DNA of 47,232 nucleotides from Candidatus Omnitrophota bacterium (GTDB lineage Bacteria; Omnitrophota; Gorgyraeia; Tantalellales; Tantalellaceae): NCBI GenBank assembly GCA_024277375.1, contig JAJRVD010000002.1, positions 1 to 47,232 of the forward strand, read 5' to 3'. Shown piece by piece: positions 39,599 to 47,232 of this stretch (position 1 is its first letter; each line of letters starts with the position of its first letter). The notes under the pieces were generated by a model. It saw only the letters and a program-made list of their open reading frames with translations, ran no database searches and was not told where the DNA came from. The position numbers and the translations under genes were made by a program.

Positions 39599-40180
39599 AT
39601 GTCAAATAACGTTATAGCTAAACGCAGAAGATTTTTTTTAAAAGACTCATCACAACCAACGCTTATTCTCAAAGTTTATATGATGTTACTTGTGGTTATG
39701 TGTTCCTCCGGAGGGGTGTTTTATTTTATAGGGAATAAGAATCTGACCCAGGAATTTTTCAAAGCGCACTCTGTGATCGAAACTACGATGCAGCTATTGT
39801 TGCCCGCGTTAGTTGCAGTTAACCTCATCGCGCTTTTAGTGGCGTCCTTTTTGGTGATCTCGTTTTCTCATTCTATCGCGGGTCCGGTTTATAGATTGAA
39901 AAACTTATCCGGAAGGATCGCGAAAGGAGACTTGACCGTTGTGGTCAAGTTTCGAGAGAAAGACGCAATTCAGGAGTTGTCAAAAGTCATAAATGATATT
40001 ATAATGGGTTTAAATTCACGTCTGAAAAATCTTGAGGGATCTCTAACGGAGCTCGGGAATTTGTCTGATAAAGTGGAGAACATGAATGCGCTTTCTCCTG
40101 AAGACCTGGCAAACCTCAAGGATAGAATTCTGACGGTAAGTTCTGAACTGGAAGAGAAGATGAAAGAATTTAAACTGTGA
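39599..40180 (+). CDS. Two-TM HAMP-domain membrane protein
   Basis: SHSIAGPVYRL.....IAKGDLT....FREKD...EL HAMP signature, short coiled tail. Confidence 0.8.
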   Translation: MSNNVIAKRRRFFLKDSSQPTLILKVYMMLLVVMCSSGGVFYFIGNKNLTQEFFKAHSVIETTMQLLLPALVAVNLIALLVASFLVISFSHSIAGPVYRLKNLSGRIAKGDLTVVVKFREKDAIQELSKVINDIIMGLNSRLKNLEGSLTELGNLSDKVENMNALSPEDLANLKDRILTVSSELEEKMKEFKL

Positions 40181-40263
40181 TCACTACCATTAGGTAAATA
40201 CCCCTACATTTGATTACAATCAGAAAACCAGTTACATTTTTTCATCTCAAAACAAGCTTTTTA

Positions 40264-40292
40264 TTGATTTACAATAGCATTTATGTTATAAT
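40264..40292 (+). promoter_or_regulatory. Sigma70-type promoter
   Basis: TTGATT-N17-TATAAT with TGn extension. Confidence 0.65.
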
Positions 40293-40347
40293 AAATCAAC
40301 AAAAAGTAAATAAATCTACCAATAGTACAAATACGAAAGGGTGATAT

Positions 40348-43300
40348 ATGCTGAAAATGAAATTTCCACTCCTCAAAATTTTCACTATTTTTCTTTGTTG
40401 TATTTTTCTGTTCAACACTGCAACACAAGCTCTTGACTTTTCAACACAAAATTTAAATGCGCCTTTATCATCAGGTGAAAGTGGTTTGATTGAAGCCTCT
40501 GGGGCTCTTACGTCAAACATATCGCTCAAAGCAGATGCCACGTTCCGCAATTTTACGTTATTTCTCGCGAAAAATCTTTTAGCGGACGGAAGGGATGATA
40601 CAGAGGTAAGGAAAATAGTAAGCGATTTCATCTCCGAGCTTACTTCGGAGTCCGCATTGTTATTCTTTGAGCTAAAGATGCAGATAGATTTCTCTGGAAT
40701 ACGTGAAGCTGGTGGGATCACATATATTCCTTTTCTAACATCTGGCCCAGATAGACAAAACATTCCTGGATCTATATCCATATCCAAGGCTAATAATCCG
40801 CTGATCAAGCAAGACCCGCGTTGGCAGCGTTATAATACGTATGCAGCTTTAGTGCAGTCGAGAGATTAGAGAATAATTCCATCCAAGGATATGAGCGGAG
40901 CCTCCGCGGAAGGTGACTCTAATGCTGAAGTACTAAACCGGATAAATGAAGGCAAGGTTGTTGAGATAACTTTTGACGAAAATAATAATTCTTTAGCTGC
41001 GAACAAAGTACGTTTTTATGAAGGATATGTGCCCGGAGAAACTGCCCCGAAAGATTATCTCGGCGAAAATATGGATGTTAATCAGTTGCTAGTAGGTTCC
41101 GAACGTGGTGTGTTAAAAAAGTGGATCAAAGAACATTATGTGTTGAACAAGCCCCTAAAGTTCAGGGTAATTTTAGGTGAAACTTCTCTAGGTTGGAATA
41201 CCGATTTTGAACATTCCTTTATTGCTCATGCCGGGATCAATGATGGGGTTATTTATCTTGGCTCCGCGTTCTTGAGTTATCTTATGCGGGTTGAAAATAC
41301 TTCACTTAGAGAAGAGGTTCTGGATAAAGATGAATATATGCATTGTCTGGGAATGGGGCATGGTTCTAGCGCAGAGTATGATGAGAGGCGGGCTCTGGTC
41401 GAGCGGGCGCTTAGTCCGCTCGAACGGATAAAACAGGCATTTTTAGACGAGGATGTGTATCGGATAAAGGATGAGCTAGAGACAAGGTTACGTGCCTCGA
41501 AGCTTGATATTCCAAATATCCTTAGTTTTCTTTCTCTGGCTAATGACGTGGCATTAAGCCAATTTACCGCGCCTGTTGAGGCGCGATACGCCATTAAAAA
41601 AGCTGTTTCCATTATGGATGAAGCCGATCAACAAAAGTTGAAGAGTGTACTATCTTCTTCGGCGGCAAAGCAATATCGAGATTTGAGAGTTGTCAGCGAA
41701 TTGCTGATAATGATGGGGGACTACACGCGGCTAAGAGACTTTATAAGAATACACGCACCGGAACTTAGGGGGCGTTCCATATGGCAGGTAACACCTGAGG
41801 GCTATTTCGCTGCCGGTGGATTAGGCAGAGTAATGCAATATTACAATGCTTCAATTGCGAAATTATGCAAAACGTATGATATAGAATTCGGTATAATCGA
41901 GCCTCATTATCAGAAACGCAAAAACAGAGAGAAGGACTCGAATAAAAAATATGTGGATCTTAGGTATGACGAGGATCTAACCCACAACCTGCGGGACATA
42001 AAAAACATCGCTGAATTTCAGGTTGATGTTGGAGATAAAAGGATAACCGCTGTCGTCAAGGAGGCGACTAATGAATTTGGGGTTAGAATATTTACGATAA
42101 GAGACAAAGAAGGATTTTATACGCATTCGCTATATAACTACAGAGATAATGCCTTTGAAAGAGATCCTGAAATTCCCACATGGGATGAATTTTCTAGCTT
42201 TTTCTCAAAAGCCTCTGTTGAGTTAATGAAATGGAAGGACGCGCAGAAAAAACACAAAAAAGTTACCCCCTACAAGGCTCCGGTAGTATGGTGGAATGAT
42301 TCACAAACGGCCCTTGTACCGGTTGAAATGAGAAAGGGTGCTGACGCAGAAAAAAGAAAGAAAGAAGAAAATCCCGAGTACAAAAGCAATACATTTTATA
42401 AAGATGCCATAGTGTGCGGAACTACACACACCTACAAAAATAGACGGGATATATATTCCCTTGAGAACAAAGAGGGAAAGTTGCATGCGGAGTCAGCGAT
42501 GCGGTTTTTGGGTATTCCCGAAGAATATTGGGATTACTTTAAACGTGAAAAGATCATCGATGAGGGAACCGCGCGAGAAAAACCCATTATGGTATATGAT
42601 CTGGCTTCCGGGGGGCTCCGACTTTCGGACGCACAATTCGCCGTATCTAAAATACACAGGGACGAAGTAGCGCCATATGACGCTGCGGGTATGGGCTCGG
42701 AAAATATGAACCTTATTGGTATTGCGAATCGTGACCATATAGCGCAAACAGCAAAGTACTGGTGGAGAGCGCTGAGAGAGCTTTATGGGGAAAAGGTTGA
42801 TGTTTGGAGGCCTACAACTGAGCAGATCCGAGCCGGTAAAAAACTTTCCAAGAAGAAACTTCGGCTAAAACCAAGACAGATATATCATACGAGTTTTGAT
42901 GTGCCCCCGAGTGGGCAGCTTCTTGATGAGGATAAGCCCGTAATCTCGTATTCAGGTAGAGAGGTGGATGAAAAAGCGGGGATGAAACGGGCACTTACAC
43001 TTGAAAACATAAAATATTACGTCAAGAATGGAGCACAGGTCATTATTTATGGGAATATACAGAATTACCCCGAAAGCCAGACATTAGGTTTTCAACTGGC
43101 GAATTTGGCTGCTGAAATTAAAGCTTGGTCTGACGAAGACTATAATATCAAAGGTAGGTTTATCTTTGTTCCGAATTTTGATCTAGACCAGCAGCGGCAG
43201 ATGCAGGCCGCTACGGACGTACAAATTAATGATTCAGATAGAAAGACCGGAGCCGGCGAACGAACTGAAACAAACCCAAATGCTGTTGCTGCGATTCTTG

Positions 43301-45828
43301 TAACTATTTTTGATGAAGGTCTTCTTGCTAGGTTGGGGTTAACCCTGGACCTGAATGTTCCGGGTGTTGGTGAAACTCTACGCCCTGAGATGCCCGCTCT
43401 GGACCCCATATATCAAAGTGAGGAATTCAATAAAAAAGCTGAGAGAGCGTATAGAAGGGCCATCGCTAAGGTGCTGGGTTTTGATAGCGATGATCCATCG
43501 AATTGGTCGGAAAGTCTGTCTTTCTATCATGATACCTCGGCTCGTATTGCTCCGGTCTCGGACGCGATGTTTACATCCATGGAATATCTGTGGCAATTTG
43601 GTAGTGCTATTAGAAAAAAGGAAGCAAAAATAAAAGCGAGGGAAATGGAGAAGGATTTAAACGAAAAAGAAATTATGGAAAAAGGGCTGATGGAACAGTT
43701 GTACAAGATAGATGAGGAGACACATCCCGAGAAATATCTCATATACAAAATTACAGACCTTGTGTTGAAGGGCAAAAGCGAGGAGTCGCTTCTTAAATTT
43801 TTTACAACTGTTCATTTTCAAAAACTCGGAAAAAACATGAATATCCCCGTTACTTTTCTTAATAACCTTATTGATGCGTACTCTAAAGATAAAAGCAAGA
43901 GGGCCTATATAAAAAGTTTTATGCTGAACTTTTTGAAGAAAACAAAAAAGTTATCTGAAAACAAACCCGATTCAGTGCAATCCGCTAGAGATATTCAGAT
44001 AATGACAGGACATGCGTTAACAGTACTTTCATGGATAGAAAGAGATGTCCGAGGAGCGATGGAGATTCGCCTTACGGCTGATGACGAGCGTATGGTTCAA
44101 AACGAAATGCGTGGCCGAAGCTTCATAGACATTAAGAGTTTACCGGATGGCATCATACATGTTGAAACCGAGGGTGCTGTGGGTTTCCATAACAGAGGAT
44201 GGGAAGGGTGGAAGAAAGTCAGGAGTGTCATCCATAACATTTTTGTAAGCGACAAAAAGCTGATGAATGCCGCTCAAGAAAAGCTTGTTATGTACTTAAT
44301 GCTACATGGTTTTATTGAAGTGCCGCATATTTTAAGGAAGGCTACACAAAAAGACGATCCTGACATTAGCACGATACATGAAACCTGCTTCATTGAAGAC
44401 CAATTTGCAGGTTCCTCTCAGACGACAAGTACGGGTGTAGGACATTTTCAGGGACATAAACTTGACATTAAGCATGTTACCGAAGGAGAGGGTGTTCAGG
44501 TCAATGTATTATATGACCAAAATGGCGAGATCGTAGAAGTGTTGACTCAACGTATTAAGCCCGGAGATTGGTGTTTGGCATTACCCGGATATGTCGATTA
44601 CATGATAAATCTTGGTGGGTTGAGATTTAATGATCTTTCAGTTCGTCTTAATGATGATGACATGTATAAGTTTAGTCCAAAGCTTTTTGATGTTATTGGT
44701 GTTCAGCCAAACGCCAAAGAGGTGTCCTCAAGGTTAAAGGCGCTCGGGACTGCTGTTAAGGAACGGGTTGTGAGTGCCCCATATATTGCCATAAAACAAA
44801 AGGGTGGCGCCGTAATAGTTAAAACTGACGACAAAACAGAAGCAGCATCTTCGTATGAAACTAAAGCACTTAAGATGAATGAGATTAAATTTGTGGAATC
44901 AATGCCGAATACTCTCCTGAATATGTACCGAAATTTTTTGACTCCGGAAAACCTTTACGCGAAAGTAGTAAATGAATTTGCTGTCGAACATAAAAACGCA
45001 ATAGAAAGATCCACGCTTCTTAACGCAAAGTCAGCCAAGGAAGCAAAGATTGGAGAGGAGATACCAGATAAAGCAGCTTCTCTTGGAAAGATCGAAGATC
45101 TCATCTCATATGTCGATGATAACGCCCTGTTTATGCAGAGTATTACTGACCCGGAACGAGAGGATCCAAAACTCATACGAATCGCTGTCGAGCAAATTGA
45201 AGCGATTGGAGTTGATACAGTATGTGGTTTCCTTAACGAAATGCAGGCCCCGGATACCAACGTCTATTTACAGCTGTTTTCCGCTCAAAATAAGGTTGCG
45301 AACATTAATTATGAGGAGTACAAAATAGCGCACAAAAAATTACCTCAAGGATTTAAAAACGATAAATGCAATACCGTAACTTTAGTGCCGATATTTAAGA
45401 AGGATGAGTTTGCTACAGGCGGTAATAAATCAGGAGGAAATCCTCAATGGCAAATAGGGGATATTGACCCCATCAGATCGATTCTCTATCCTGCGGGACT
45501 TAACTATGACAAAATGGGGTTAATAAGAAGCATCTCCGAGGGAGTAAGACTTTCCGAGATCTCAAGGAATGCCGATTATGACGTCGGACATGAATTTGTA
45601 TCTTTCACTTGGGCTCAGATAAAAAATATAGTTTTGACCCTGGGTGGAGATATTCGTGATTTTGATCTAACAAAGGAAGATCTTATCACCTTGGCGAGAA
45701 GTGAGGACATTTCAGAAATTGTAACTGTTTTAAATAAATTAGCAAAGCTGTTGCCGATTCTACCAATAAATGTGGAGGAGTTAAAACAAGTTTATGCCCG
45801 GGCAAAAGAAGCCTGGATTCGCGCATAA
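40348..45828 (+). CDS. Giant multidomain protein (~1826 aa) with leader peptide, glycogen synthase/phosphorylase-like GT-B region and cupin-like region; in-frame TAG at 40867-40869
   Basis: ORFs 40348 and 40891 share a frame, joined by TAG + RIIPSKD; motifs PEGYFAAGGLGRV, WWNDSQTAL, TTHT, AVSKIH, YSGR..EK; TGVGHFQG...VTEGEG...PG. Confidence 0.65.
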
Positions 45829-45881
45829 TACAGCAATCCCTCGGGGCTACGTATTAATTATGTCTCGATGGCGCTGAATCA

Positions 45882-45926
45882 TCAGGGGTGTCCCTTTGGG
45901 GCCAGGCCCCAAAGGGACACCCCTGA
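45882..45926. repeat. Inverted repeat with 22-bp arms
   Basis: TCAGGGGTGTCCCTTTGGGGCC-A-GGCCCCAAAGGGACACCCCTGA. Confidence 0.9.
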
Positions 45927-46067
45927 GCACAATGAACGTCCAATATCACCCGCATTCTAAGAATATTTCAATTTATCCAGCAATTCCTGTATAATTGTAA
46001 TGTAATCAAGCTTTGTGGAGGCGTAAGCAATGCTCCTCTACAAAATTCACAAAGGAGAAGTAATATC

Positions 46068-46562
46068 ATGGAAACATTTGAAGCTATAGGGAAAAGGGTG
46101 AGTACCAGGGAATACGCGGATAAGCCTGTTGAGAGGGCACTGCTGGAAAAACTTGTAGATGCCGGGATGCGTGCGCCATCGGCTCGAGCGGTTGAGCCAT
46201 GGAGGTTTGTGGTCGTTACTGAAAAAGATGCGTTAGAAAAACTTGGCCAAATAGCTGACCATGGTCCTTTTATTGCTGAGGCGGCGGCATGCATAGCAGT
46301 CTATTGTGAAGACACTAAATATTATCTCGAAGATGGCTGCGCGGCCACAGAAAACATTCTTCTCGCCGCGGCGGATATTGGCATTGGAACTTGCTGGGTT
46401 GCGGGGGATAAAAAAGCCTACGCCTCGGAGGTAGATAATTTACTAAAAGCACCGCAAAATTTTATGCTAATTAGCCTTATCGCGCTAGGTTGGCGAAAAT
46501 CCGAAAAGCAGCAACGCAAAAATCGAGATCTTGATGAAGTCCTGTTTTGGGAATCGTTTTAA
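46068..46562 (+). CDS. Nitroreductase family protein
   Basis: R.STR.Y, APSA...EPW.FVVV, D..AA.ENILLAA...GIGTCW. Confidence 0.93.
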   Translation: METFEAIGKRVSTREYADKPVERALLEKLVDAGMRAPSARAVEPWRFVVVTEKDALEKLGQIADHGPFIAEAAACIAVYCEDTKYYLEDGCAATENILLAAADIGIGTCWVAGDKKAYASEVDNLLKAPQNFMLISLIALGWRKSEKQQRKNRDLDEVLFWESF

Positions 46563-46600
46563 ATGTTTGTAGTGGCACGGCGCGTCGTGCCACTACAAAA

Positions 46601-47047
46601 TCACATATACAGAAAGATAAGGCGTTCTTTTTCTCTTCCTATCTCCGCCATTACCTGATAAATTTGCGCGTTAATATACGGGTTCGCTCGCCCGAAGCTT
46701 TTCCAGTGGACAAAATACTTTTCTATTCGGGAAAGAAGCTTCTTTATCAATTCGTCCAATTGCCCGCCTTCCGCAGGGAGGTCCTCTGACAGGCTTTGTA
46801 TGGTATTGTTATAGTCATTTATGAGTACATTGATTTTTTGTATGGCAGGTTCATAGTCTATAAAGGAACCCTGGAATTCGTCGTAAATCTCCCGCACGCG
46901 GAGCGTCGTGTCCTCCGAAAGATTTATTAAGTCCAGTATAACCGCTCTTTCAATGTTCTCCGGAGTAGTTCCCAGGGTAAACGTTTCAGGGTGAGACTCG
47001 CAAAATCCAACCAATGATAAAAATATCACTAAGCACAGTGTTTTCAT
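46601..47047 (-). CDS. Hypothetical exported helical protein
   Basis: MKT + hydrophobic leader; open frame converging on the REP at 46569-46596. Confidence 0.6.
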   Translation of the reverse strand: MKTLCLVIFLSLVGFCESHPETFTLGTTPENIERAVILDLINLSEDTTLRVREIYDEFQGSFIDYEPAIQKINVLINDYNNTIQSLSEDLPAEGGQLDELIKKLLSRIEKYFVHWKSFGRANPYINAQIYQVMAEIGREKERLIFLYM

Positions 47048-47232
47048 GTACATATTATACCATGAAATAATATTTATCCAAAAAATTAGGAAAAACAAGT
47101 AGTGTCAAGATAATTGGGCACTTTCATGTTCCAGTTCTTTGATCTCTTCCCCCATGGGGGAAGACGGCGCACCTGTTGGTTGCTTTACGGTATCTATATA
47201 TTGAATTATCCCATACACCCAATAACCCACAC

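Noticed and set aside
47125-47232. Possible 3' end of a minus-strand gene at the window edge
   Set aside because: Too short to choose a frame or assign a product

Overview
Bacterial window dominated by one co-oriented ~40-kb + strand redox locus. In order: tRNA-Gly and rex; a siroheme-dependent (Ahb) heme b pathway (sirC, ccsA-like, hemA, hemC, cobA/hemD, ahbC, hemB, ahbD, ahbA, ahbB, hemL); three multiheme cytochromes, one fused to a very large polytopic membrane domain; hdrCBA-mvhD-nfnAB-flxCBA; System II cytochrome c maturation; and a separately promoted cluster (NHL propeller, two tandem OmcE-like decaheme cytochromes, 13/14-heme and 11-heme cytochromes flanking an outer-membrane beta-barrel, a CsgG-like lipoprotein). 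Nine cytochrome genes carry 78 CXXCH plus 4 non-canonical motifs by my count. The best candidate for an undescribed system is a Rex-controlled route from flavin-based electron bifurcation to a cytochrome nanowire. Intergenic DNA is rich in REP-like palindromes, and a 119-bp MITE repeatedly sits at the same site within a REP. Four genes carry in-frame TAA/TAG codons, each one G>T change from Glu, most likely sequence errors. The window ends with a ~1826-aa glycosyltransferase/cupin-like protein, a nitroreductase and a hypothetical gene. An Omnitrophota-like anaerobe is my impression only. All family assignments come from motif recognition, not from database searches.
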